Shown here one piece after another: positions 45,801-56,741 of a DNA stretch of 64,000 nucleotides. A program made the position numbers and the translations under genes. How positions within the stretch are numbered: position 1 is the stretch's first letter; the number at the start of each line of letters is the position of its first letter. A model generated the notes under the pieces. It was not told the origin of the DNA. It saw only the letters and a program-made list of their open reading frames with translations, and made no database searches. This DNA comes from Antedon mediterranea (lineage: Eukaryota > Animalia > Echinodermata): positions 35,532,437-35,596,436 of the forward strand of contig NC_092672.1 in NCBI RefSeq assembly GCF_964355755.1, read 5' to 3'.

Positions 45801-48800
45801 TTTGTTTACTTTCGTTTGTGACGATTCCCCAGACGAAATGTAATCTAATTAATTTAACTGTTAATTATGTAAACTTGTTGTTTTTGGCCCAAATTTTCAA
45901 CTTAAAGTGAGTAACTTTAATATTAATTTGATATGGCCAATTTAAATTTAGAATATTTTTTTTTTTCATTTTTTGTGTTTCAAGGGACAATACATCTTTA
46001 ATTAATTTGACGCAAATAATAATCAATGACTACATATGGGGGCAGTGATAAAATATTGATTGATTGAAATATATATTTATACTGGGTAACCTCTTCAGTC
46101 AAAGACTGGTCTCCCAGAGGGCCCAGTTGGTGATCAGTGGCTGTGATGTACTAATACACCGGGGTAACCCCCTACTCGTCTCGAAAGATGTACTAGGTTC
46201 TTTAAAGTGCACACAAGCTAGATCGGTACACTGGACCTACGGTTTATAGTCCTTATCCGAGAAGACTCGTTCTACCACCAGAACCATGAAGTGAGTGAGC
46301 CTCGAACCTTGCCGATGTTATGGCTACGTAATTACGGTTCCACTGTCTTAACCGCTCGGCCACTCACTCACTTATAGCAGATAATGTTGTAGAGCATGTG
46401 TAATGTTATCATGAATAAAAGATCTGTTGATATTGAGGTTAATCATTGTCTTGTGAAGTCTTTGACACTGAAAACCCAATACATAAAACAAATAGAAATA
46501 TGATTATTTTCATACCAAACAAAAACTCTTGCCGAAGACAGGATTACTAAAAGAAAACATCCACCACAATGCAGCCTGCTGATTGGTTCACTCAAAATAA
46601 TCGGTGAGTACTTCCTGCGACCGCCTGTTGTATAGACGCTTACCGTTTTGTTTTCCGATGCAACTGCACAGAATTGCCTGAATTGAGAACAAAATTGTAT
46701 TTTTAAATTCTACTAAATCAAATAAATGGGTGTCTAGAAAACACAGAACTCAAGATATATATGAAGATCTGAGTTTTCTAGTTCTAGAATGGATTGTTCC
46801 ATTATAAATCTGAGGGTAGGTTGTTTGAAATACTATAGTGTTATACATTTTCCAGATTTGAGTTTTCTAGACACCCAAATCGAATTGATGTGTAAAAACA
46901 GGGTTTCATTATTGGAAAATAACCACATTGAAACAAAATACATACCTATTGCCAATTGCTATGGTAATGCGACTAGCCAGCATTGTTTCCCACAAATCAT
47001 CGCCCGCTTTCACATATTTCAATCGATGAAGGGTAACCTTGCCACTGCTCACGTCATTCTCGACCTCTAACGTAACGCTTGGTTGCACAGTGTTTCCGGC
47101 AAACACCTGCACGCTGATTGTTTTCTCGGATTTTGGAACGGGTATCTTGAGACGTGGTTTTGATAAAGCTGTTGTCGCTACTTTAGGAGTTGTGTCTTGA
47201 TTTGTCTGAAAAAAAAAATAATTCAATAAAAATAAAAATCTTATGGCAAAATTATGAAATCTATACATTCTCTCAAACATGACCATGTGACCTGAAACCA
47301 TTTTGTAATGTACTTGTAACTTTAATTATTTATTATTTCTATTTTAATATTGTAAATTCAACAATGTTTACTTTGTTGCAATAAAGAATTTGAATTTATT
47401 TGAATTTGTATTAGTTCCCGGAAACCAGAAATTTCAGGCCAAGAGAAAATAATTTAAAAAAATAAGACTTACTGGAGTAACTAAGGGCCCAATCATAGGC
47501 CCTTTCCTAGGCCCAGTCTTTGCTTCTGTTACAGTCTTTGTGTACTCCTTCCTAGGCCGTTTTGGCCCTGGTCTCAACGTGCCTTCCTCCTTTCGTTTAC
47601 TACCAGCCAAGCTGCTAGGTGAGCCGGTAGTTGTTTTTGGAGTGTCTTTAATTTTTGTGGAATCTTTGTTCCTGCAAGGTGGATGTAAAAAATTAGTTGT
47701 TAGTAAAATTCTTTTTGATATTTTGGTTGTACAAAAACCTATTTAAATTGAACGATAAGTATCTCACTTACTTGTCAGAGGACACAGAAGCAGCCGCCGC
47801 AGCTGCAGCTACACAAGCAGCAGCTGCAGCTGCTGCTGCCACTGATGTAGGCGATTGAGGCGACGGTGTAACTTTACTCTTGTCAGGAGCTGCATTAGCA
47901 GATGGTGTAGTACTTGAAGTGGCTTTAGATTTTTCTGTAAATCTTGAATCGAGAGCAGACATTGGCTGAAATAATAATATGCAAATATGTATTATAAACC
48001 TCATGAATATTCAACATTATATCTGCAACACAGCAGTATTTAACATCATACAAAATACACATTGAATCTCTTAGGTCAATACCTGTATGCTATTTTGCAG
48101 CGAGCTGATTGGCTTAGCGTCCTCTGAATCCGAATCTGAATCTTCCTTCTCGGTTTTGATGTTCAATTTATTAGCTTCTTTAAACGCACTTTGGGGAGTG
48201 ATTTGATTGGCTGGCGAGAACGCTGGATGTGGCACATTGTTGAATAGTACTGTTGGTGTTCTAACAAAACAAATATAGAATTGAATTGCATTGCATCCAA
48301 GGCAGAAATAAGCTTAAATATGTTAGTCAGAAGGGCTGCAGGGCTGCAGGGCTGAGATCATTGTCAATTTGCTGTCGTACTGTAGTAGTTTCATTCACAT
48401 ATATATATATATATATATTTGTTGATGGATTCAAACATGTACTACAAATGGAGAGAGGCATTATATACCAATAGATAAAAGTTTTGGTCCTCTCTCCTTC
48501 ATCTTTTTTGTTTTCTTTGTAATGTATTATACCATATGGACAATTGTCTGAAATAAAAGTTGAATTGAATTCAATTCAATTCAACATTAAGCTCTGTTTA
48601 CACTATCAAACTTGTGTGATGTGCCCAAATATTTTAGTGATATGACCAAATATGGTAGTGATATGACATCATGTCCATATATGGGCACATCACATTTTTT
48701 TGTCACATAAAGTTAGATAGTGTAGACAGACTTTTAGTCAGAAGAGCTGCAGAGATCAATGCCAATTTGCTATACTGTGGTAGTTCATTTATTAACCATT

Positions 48801-51800
48801 AGAGTTTGTTGGTAATAGTTACCCTATGTTGAATTGTGTTCCAATGTAGAGGGGTGTGATTCTGCGCCTTCCATCTGGAGTTCTTGTTTCTATCTGCTTG
48901 CTTAAAACATCCTATAAAGTGCAAAAATAAAATAATTATTATTTTCTCTTAGAGCAAACATTTAAACAATCATGATGTTTGTACAATGCTTTGATAATGT
49001 GTGTATGCGTTGTATATAACATGTGATTGTGTTAAATAATAACGCTTTTGCAAACAGTTATTTTTGAAAAAGACTACGCCAATAAATAGAAGTAACAGTA
49101 ACACTTTTAATGCTGTTCCGGCAAATCGAACACCAATGTTTTGTTTTCACGTGGCTATGCGCATATCGGTTGGCGCATAGTCGCGTGGAGCATCTTAAAA
49201 ACAAAACATTAACGTTCGCCGGACCGGAACAGGTGTGAAAAAGCAATGACTTACCGTTGGCGGCTTGTCCATGATTGGTGTGATGAGTTTCTTTGGTGTA
49301 TTTATTGGTGAGGCTTGTACTTTGGCAGCTAACTTCTCTTGTTGTTCTTTCTGCATTTTTTGCAAGTTTAACAAATCTGGATTCTCAATCACGGTATTAG
49401 CAGCACCTGAATGTATCGATAAATTCTTGCCGTAGATTTTCTCATACAGTTTGGTCTGCAAGGTAAAAGATATATAAATATATAAATCATGTCGTGAGGT
49501 GGTTTCCCGAATGATCGTAAAATCAAAACGGTACTGGGTATGATCAACTAGCGTTCTTGTCACCAACTAGTCATCCATTCATAGAAGTACTGATGTAGTA
49601 GCCTATCTGTACGGTGACCATAGAATGTGACCCGAGACATGACTAACTACGACTTTTAGATGATAGAAAGTTGAGAAAATTTCTCATGTTATAACAACAA
49701 TAGACTAACAAACTGTGAAGGAATAATGTCTATGTATCATCCTAAAGCTCTGTTCACACTATCAAACTTAATGTGACAAAAAATGTGATGTCATCACTAC
49801 CATATTTGGGCATATCACTACCATATTTGGGTACACCACACTTTAAAAAAAATTAGTTTGCTAGTGTAGACATATATTTTGGTCTTTATCCTACCTTCTC
49901 ATCCTGTGTTAGCTTGTGTCCAATTTCATCCTGTTCAAAGTCAAAGAATGCTACTGTTCCGTCCCAAGAACACGCAACAAGCTGGGTGCCCGACTTACTC
50001 CTGTTTACAGAATCAAGAAAAATAAAATGTTTACAAAATTCATAATATTCATACTTTACTTTATGATTTTCATGTTATATATGTTATATATGTTATATAT
50101 GTTATATATGTTATATATATATGTTATATATGTTATATATATATGTTATATATGTTATATATTGTTTGGTTTGCTTGGCGAAATCAAATGTTAATATAAA
50201 GTTTGCGGTATACCATATATATTTAGTTCTGAAAAGAAATGTTGAGTTTCTCAATGTTTCGATCAATATGCTTCGATTGTCCTCAGGAGTGAGATTTTTA
50301 TGTTTCCAATCTCATGAAAACATAAGGTTTGTTTTCAGTATGTTCTTTTAATGATATAACATTCACTTACCATGCTAAGTCCATTACAGAGTTCTTGAAA
50401 AGGTCATGAACTACAACAAGAGGTCGCTTCAATGCTGTCAGCTGAGGAAAAGTAAAGTAAAACATTAAAAGTATGCAACAATTAAATAACTTATATCTTA
50501 TTCTATAAAATAGATCTATCACTTAGGCAGAGATTAGAACTTAGTATTCCGTGTGACCTACCCATACTGACACGGCTCTGTCTCTACTCCCAATGGCGCA
50601 ACATGAAAACTGTTGAGGCTTCGTTGATCCCTTCCGTACAACCTTCGAAAAGATGTTCGAGTTGAATCTCTGAAAAACAGAACATAAAAAAACTTTAATT
50701 TACAGTATATGCTTTGGTATAAGTTTCGGCACCATAAATTTATAACATGATTATTACAGTGTAGGATATAAATAAGGCCTAGTGGGATGCATTATACGTT
50801 GGTATAGCATGCCGATAAAAACTATAGCAAAATAATACACCTACCACGCAAGTGACAGCTTTACGGTGACCAACAAAATCCATTTTGAATTTCCAGCCAT
50901 CTCTCTCAATAATTTGAGCCGTTGGACCTCTATTGTTCATGGCATGTGCAGACACAATGTAGTGTCCATCTGGTGACCAGGAACAACGTAGCACATGTGT
51001 TGTTCCTCCACACTGTAAAAGGATAGAAATGTCAATATTTGTATTTTTACAGCGTAATGTACGTTTCAATGATTATAAATCACTATCAATACTGTGTGTA
51101 CATTCAGTGAGAGAGGGCGACAATCAAGTGTTACTGTTCGTACATCACATGGAGCATGGAGATTAAGTTGCGAGAGTAAAATCTGGGCCTGAATTTAAAC
51201 CTAAATGACGTTGGGATAGTTTGATTGTATTTATTGTGTCTCTGCACACACACACACACACACATAACATTTACAATGAAAGAACAAAATTACAGCATGT
51301 TAAACTATTATTAAACACTTACTTACCTCTTCAAAGGGTTTGGATATTTTGTTCTCTTCCTTCCAATCTACTGTTCTCCAAACGCGAATACTTTTGTCAT
51401 CCGACTAAAATTGATCAATAATTAAAATTCATTTGCGATAGACTACAATGTATAAAATTATAAATAATTTTCAGTATTGAATATATAAACTCACACACAA
51501 CCTAAACAGATCAAAAGCATAAAGCTCTGTCTACACTATCAAACTAGTTTGACAAAAAAAGTGTGATGTGCCCAAATATGGTAGTGATATTCCCAAAATA
51601 TGGTAGTGATATGACATCATCATGTCCATATAGGGGCACATCACATTTTTTGGTCACATAATTTGACAGTGTGGACAGAGGTTAACAAAAAAATCTCAAA
51701 TCTAGCAAGATACAAATGCAGTTTACCTGAGAAGCCAAGTATTTGCCAATGGGATCCCAAGTGACCCCTTTGACCATTCCAGAATGACCAGTAAGAACAG

Positions 51801-53308
51801 TCAGCACCTCAGGAAACTTAACAGCATTCCAGATGACCACTGTGTTGTCCACGCTGCATGAGGCCAGCCACGCATCATGGGGTGACCATGCTATATCCAA
51901 AATATCTGAAAACAAAGTCAATTTAAAATTTAATTTCACCACAACAGAAAAAAAGTATAAAGATAAATATTAACATAATGGTTTGAGTGAAATTGGTACT
52001 AACTGTAAGCTTAACAATTTTAGATCTTTAAATGGTGGATAAAATGTTAAATAACTTTACTAAAATTGTACAAATGCTCTAAAATTAATTTCATTATTCA
52101 CAAGACCGATTCATTTACCTCCAGCATGGTGTCTCAATGTGCTAGTACAGCGCCATTGTTCAACATTGGCTTTAGATTTACCAAAGGGCGTTGACATTCC
52201 ACCATAACTGTACAAAATAATTTAAAGAAATACTAATTAATAAAATAAACTAGATTTATAATCTTTATAATTAAACCTTCCTTCATTTTAAGAACAAAAT
52301 GCATTATGAAAGATAGTGAAAGACTAAATTGTGACCTCTACTGACCTCATTAACTGCCATATCATTACGAGTCTGTCATCGCCAGCTGAAGCAAGGTACA
52401 AGCCATTGTTAGACCAACGAACACAGTTCACACAAGCTACAAAGAAAGACAGACAAGATTGGGTTTAGGGGGTTATGTAAATATCTACTCTAATTTTATT
52501 TTTTATTGTGCATAAGATTTATTTTTGATGTGTACAGGAAAAAAAAATATTGTAGTTATAATTTCCCAATTACCCAAGTGATTATCCATTTCGCAAAGCA
52601 TTCTGGGAACATTTTCATTTTTCTCGTCTTCTTCTTTGACTATAGGTGCCATGTTCCAGATTACCACACGACCAGAATCATCTCCTACAAAATGTTATCA
52701 CAGCAAACATTAAATTCATTTATAGCTCTAAGTAATTCAGAAAAGAAAAGGCAAAATGTACATTATATCTTACCTTGCCCTCCTGTTGCCAGGCGACACC
52801 CATCTGGATGAATATCGATAGCAAATATTGGCTTCCCTGTCAAAAAAAAGTATTAGTGGAAGTTTGAATTATTTAAATACATTGATTGTAATTAATTTTT
52901 TGAAACACATGTGATGATGTGGCTTGAGCGGGTTAGGAATAAAAAAGGAAAATTTATATTTGAAAACAAGACCTATTAATATAAAACCATTAAAACAATG
53001 ATTCAGAACAATTAAGCACGACAGGTTAACCGGTTTCACAAGCAAGGGGTTCATATCATGATCATACTGACCTAGGCTAGGCTAGCCCGTCACTCATTGA
53101 TTCTATTCTCCCCACACCATTCTCCTCCGGATCTCCTCTCCTCCTTCCTCACCCGCGAAATCTTGAAATTCATTAGCATACACATTCACCATTCACCTAC
53201 CTAGCCTAGCTATAAGAATCAATCGTCAAATCTTTCAAATAGACAAAACAAGAAAAAGAAAAGTACATTACCATCATGATTTATCCACGTTGGTTTTAAT
53301 AACTTCAT
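42823..53308 (-). CDS. HIRA: Histone chaperone HIRA (24 coding exons)
   Basis: Starts MKLLKPTWINHDGKPIFAIDIHPDG. WD40 exons, B-domain KQIETRTPDGRRRITP and C-terminal LSHLECQL..A.VLKS..EY.FWL. Exons 53308-53272, 52836-52774, 52684-52574, 52436-52346, 52207-52119, 51905-51727, 51404-51327, 51012-50845, 50669-50562, 50441-50371, 50000-49895, 49455-49255, 48911-48823, 48260-48083, 47965-47772, 47671-47473, 47205-46946, 46677-46516, 45455-45397, 44714-44609, 44240-44118, 43809-43652, 43118-43024, 42936-42823, all GT-AG. Confidence 0.97.
43195..43381. repeat. 54-bp intronic tandem repeat, ~3.4 units
   Basis: accagagatggtgttt (one copy reads actagag) recurs at 43203, 43257, 43311 and 43365. Confidence 0.9.
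46055..46372 (-). mobile_element. tRNA-headed SINE with Deu/Nin-type central domain and LINE-like tail
   Basis: Minus strand GTGGCCGAGCGGTTAAG (A box), GGTTCGAGGC (B box), GGATAAGGACTATAAACCGTAGGTCC...GTGCACTTTAAAGAACC, and a tail ending GAAGAGGTTACCCAGTATAAAT plus (CAAT)n. Confidence 0.75.
50250..50290 (-). ncRNA. Decayed minimal hammerhead ribozyme
   Basis: Minus strand CTC-CTGAGGA-C-AATC-loop-GATC-GAAA-CATT-GAG. Core boxes and stem I are intact, with mismatches at the base of stem II and in stem III. Confidence 0.45.
51521..51680. mobile_element. Representative of an abundant ~150-bp MITE family
   Basis: TIR aaagctctgtctacactatcaaact with internal gtgatgtgcccaaatatggta. Other copies near 8455, 16584, 44428, 44764, 48589, 49744, 57125, 58165, 58955 and 60070. 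Confidence 0.85.
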
Positions 53309-53577
53309 CTTTATTTTTGTATGCTTATAAACACCATTATTGAAACTAAATTAAACACGATTCTTACATGCCATTGCCACCGCCATTTGTTTTCTTTATA
53401 AATAAGTTTGTAAAGCGATAGAGGGGGTAAACCTTTTGAGGGACTTTGACATCATCAGCAGCAGCAGCAGCAGTGTCAGTGAGTATTATTTTATCATTTT
53501 TCTATTAAAACCTTCCAATTATGTTTCAAACTAATCTCTTTTGCCTATATTAGGCAGGCTAGGCCTTCTGCTGTAGA

Positions 53578-53789
53578 AACATTCCACTCGAGAAAAATTA
53601 ACCGATGATCAAATCATATAACGAATGGATAAATGCAATAAAACCAGTCAACAAAAAGTTAGTGAGATTGTCACGGTATTATAACATTCCACTCGAGAAA
53701 AATTAACCGATGATCAAATCAGATAACGAATGGATAAATGCAATAAAACCAGTCAACAAAAAGTTAGTGAGATTGTCACGGTATTATAA
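53578..53789. repeat. 104-bp near-perfect tandem duplication upstream of HIRA
   Basis: aacattccactcgagaaaaatt...tcacggtattata twice, with one substitution. Confidence 0.92.
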
Positions 53790-54431
53790 TATTGAATTTT
53801 AATTAGTTAATCAGAAAGATAATTCAGATTTGATTGATTAGTAATATTCAAAATAGTCCTTATTTTTACTCTAGACACCTGGATAACTCGAATGATCTTA
53901 ATTGTCTTTTAGTCAGACGGCGGAGAAATCTTGTCCCTTTGTTTCATATCGTTGATTCAATTCACGATCTGAATATTCAATGGCCTGGATTTTACGATAA
54001 GTGAAAAAATCCTGTCGTAGAAAGAAATTTGAATAAAAAAATGTTGTTTGCAGTTAAACTTGATTACGTCATACTTATTACGTCATACTTTAATGAAGCG
54101 TACACTAAACAAGCACGAATGTGCAATACTCGGGGTACAGCGAAAGAAGCTGTAATGACGTAAAGACCGGATGTAACGTAACATACACATCAATAACCGC
54201 GCTACCAAATACGGCTATACGGTACCATCTTCGAGACGTGATATGGCTGCATCCGGTATGAAATTAAAAAATCCGGCTCTATAGCTTTGAGGACATGTCC
54301 CTGTAGTATATTCATGCTAAATCCGAGCTCAATACTACAACGAAAGGGAGGAGTATTTACCGATTACACAAAATAAATATTTAAAAAAATAATAAAAATA
54401 AGATATACTGTGTATAATTATCATATTGCGT

Positions 54432-54752
54432 AAAGGACGCCTTGAAACTTTCATCCGTCGGGCTGGTAAAATCAGGGAGTTGTAACAACTCCCTGGACCA
54501 ACTTAATCCAAGTGGTAGATTGAGGCTCCTCAGTGTGAAAACCAATCGATTTGCTAAATCCTTTATTCCCTCCGGTATCATCTAGTACAACAGGAAGTCA
54601 AGAAGATAATTTTATCTTGTAATTTTTTAGATGTTTTTATAAGAATGATTTTATGCTATATTTGTTTTTATTGTGTGTTCTTTGTTATTATGATGAGCAA
54701 TGAATTTCCTTTTTGAGGATCAATAAAAGTTATCTTATCTTATCTTATCTTA
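54432..54752 (+). mobile_element. Short LINE 3' end with (TATCT)n tail
   Basis: Frame PSGRLRLLSVKTNRFAKSFIPSGI, then AATAAA and ttatcttatcttatc. It is absent from the duplicate segment at ~55265. Confidence 0.75.
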
Positions 54753-54786
54753 TACACTACTTTTCACCATAAAGTTTAAAAAAAAA

Positions 54787-54861
54787 GGTTTCGCCCGGGC
54801 TCGAACCAGGTACCTTCTGCGTGTTTTTAAGTAAACGTGATAACCACTACGCCAACAAGCC
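54787..54861 (-). pseudogene. tRNA-Val-like pseudogene
   Basis: GGCTTGTTGGCGTAGTGGTTATCACG...GGTTCGAGCCCGGGCGAAACC plus a T-run. The anticodon loop carries an insertion and the acceptor stem is mispaired. Confidence 0.75.
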
Positions 54862-55012
54862 GCATATAACTACATAGCGCTGTGGTGTGTGTCACACATT
54901 GTGGCTTCCTAATTAAACAAATTAATTAACAAAAAAGCACGAATGTGCAATACTCGGGGTACAGAGAAAGAAGCTGTATACAGACGTATACAGTTAAAGT
55001 TAAAGAAAAATA

Positions 55013-55083
55013 GGTTTCGCCAGGGCTCTAACCGGGACCTTCTGCGTGTTAAGCAGACTTGACAATCACTACACTACGAAACC
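55013..55083 (-). pseudogene. tRNA-Val(AAC)-like pseudogene
   Basis: Paired acceptor GGTTTCG/CGAAACC and anticodon arm TCTGC-TTAACAC-GCAGA, but the T loop is mutated (GTTAGAG) and the D loop is altered. Confidence 0.75.
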
Positions 55084-55299
55084 CACTTACACTAAAAATG
55101 TGGGTTACAGAAAGTTTTTTAATCCATTTAAATTACAAATAAATATGGTAATAAGCACAAAGAAAAATAAACATGTGTAAAAGTGATAATTACCGATTAC
55201 ACAAAATAAGTATTTAAAAAAATAATAAAAATAAGATATACTGTGTATAATTATCATATTGCGTATACAGTACTTTTCACCATAAAGTTTAAAAAAAAA

Positions 55300-55371
55300 G
55301 GTTTCGTCCGGGCTCGAACCAGGTACCTTCTGCATGTTAAGCAAACGTGATAACCACTACGCCAAGAAGCC
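55300..55371 (-). pseudogene. tRNA-Val(AAC)-like pseudogene
   Basis: GGCTTCTTGGCGTAGTGGTTATCACGTTTGCTTAACATGCAGAAGGTACCTGGTTCGAGCCCGGACGAAACC plus a T-run. A and B boxes are intact but the acceptor stem has mismatches. Confidence 0.75.
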
Positions 55372-55824
55372 GCATATAACCATATAACTACATAACGCTG
55401 TGGTGTGTTTCACACATTGTGGCTTCTTAATTAAACAAATTAATTAACAAAAAATTAAAAATCCGGCTCTATAGCTTTGAGGACATGTCCCTGTAGTATA
55501 TTCATGCCAAATCCCAGCTCAATACTACAACTAATAATGGAGGAGTAGTACTTTAAAAATCGCACTTTTTACTCAATAGTGTCCAGAGGGAGGAGGAGAA
55601 AATGAGTAAGTCCTAGACTCGGGTACCCCGAGTAAAAATGTGTACGAAGTATACGAAGAAAAGCTTTTAATGTTCAAAGCAGTATTTAGCTAAACACATA
55701 AACGGTTGTCAATGCCACCTGGTGTATTAATTATGCAAATTATTAAGAATGATTTAGCTTACGTATGCGCATTTAAAGTCTATAAAACACGGCATAACTT
55801 AAACCATGGATTATTCATCAATCC

Positions 55825-56741
55825 ATGCTTAAACACGCTGGTTGCAAAAATGGCGTAATTGTAAAGACGATCATTTTTCTTATTCTGATTGCATCAAGTA
55901 AGTAGGCTGGGAAACATTGCACAGGTAGGTATAAGGGACAAGGTTAGCCTATACTAGGTTTCCGATAATTAAATGTACGTTAAGTAGGCCTACTGCCAAT
56001 CTGAAACCAATAAAGAGAGGTTTGTTTAACCAATAACATATATTTTATATACTTTTAGCTGATGGTCTTCAATGCTTCCAATGTCACAATGCGGACAATT
56101 ATATTTATTGTGACGAATTCAACTTCGTTCCAGAAATTGTCTTGGTGGTAACGTGTAATTCAACTGAAGATATTTGTGTGGTACGCAAACACTATAAATT
56201 GAATTTCAATGAAATCCTCGTTTTAGGCCGGTCGGCTTCGTGTCCGACTCCCCTGTCGGTTGTAGGCCTCTTTTGTTGTATAAGCCTTATTGCCGTTTTA
56301 GGCCCTTCGTGCGCATCGCATCCGATGAAGGTTTATTAATTGTGCACCGCTTCCTTCTGTAGACCTATTTAATTGTGCGCCACCCCTTCTGCCCCCCCCC
56401 CCCTCCCCATCCACTGTAATTAGGCCTAATTAGAGGGACAACGAATACCCTCTGAATTGAGGAGCGCACAGCAGTGAATAATGATTAAAACTTTCTTTTG
56501 TTTAATATAGACAGCATTTGTGGATGAGTTTGTCATTCGAGACTGTGGTGAAGGTGCATACATAGATACGTGCACGGACAACTACGACCGTTGTACATCA
56601 TGCTCCACAGATCTTTGCAACAGCGCTTCGAGTATCGTGTTTGAAATTCCCGCTTTATTAGCATCAACCTTCTTGTCTGTTTTGATGATGTGCAGTTTTG
56701 TTTCTGAGATTGTTGGACTCTCGTTTGTTGTCATTGTATAA
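55825..56741 (+). CDS. Ly6/uPAR three-finger (quiver/sleepless-like) GPI-anchored protein
   Basis: Exons 55825-55897 (signal peptide), 56059-56180 (GLQCFQC...C...C...C) and 56511-56741 (RDC...C...CTSCSTDLCN plus hydrophobic tail). Splice phases are compatible. Confidence 0.85.
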
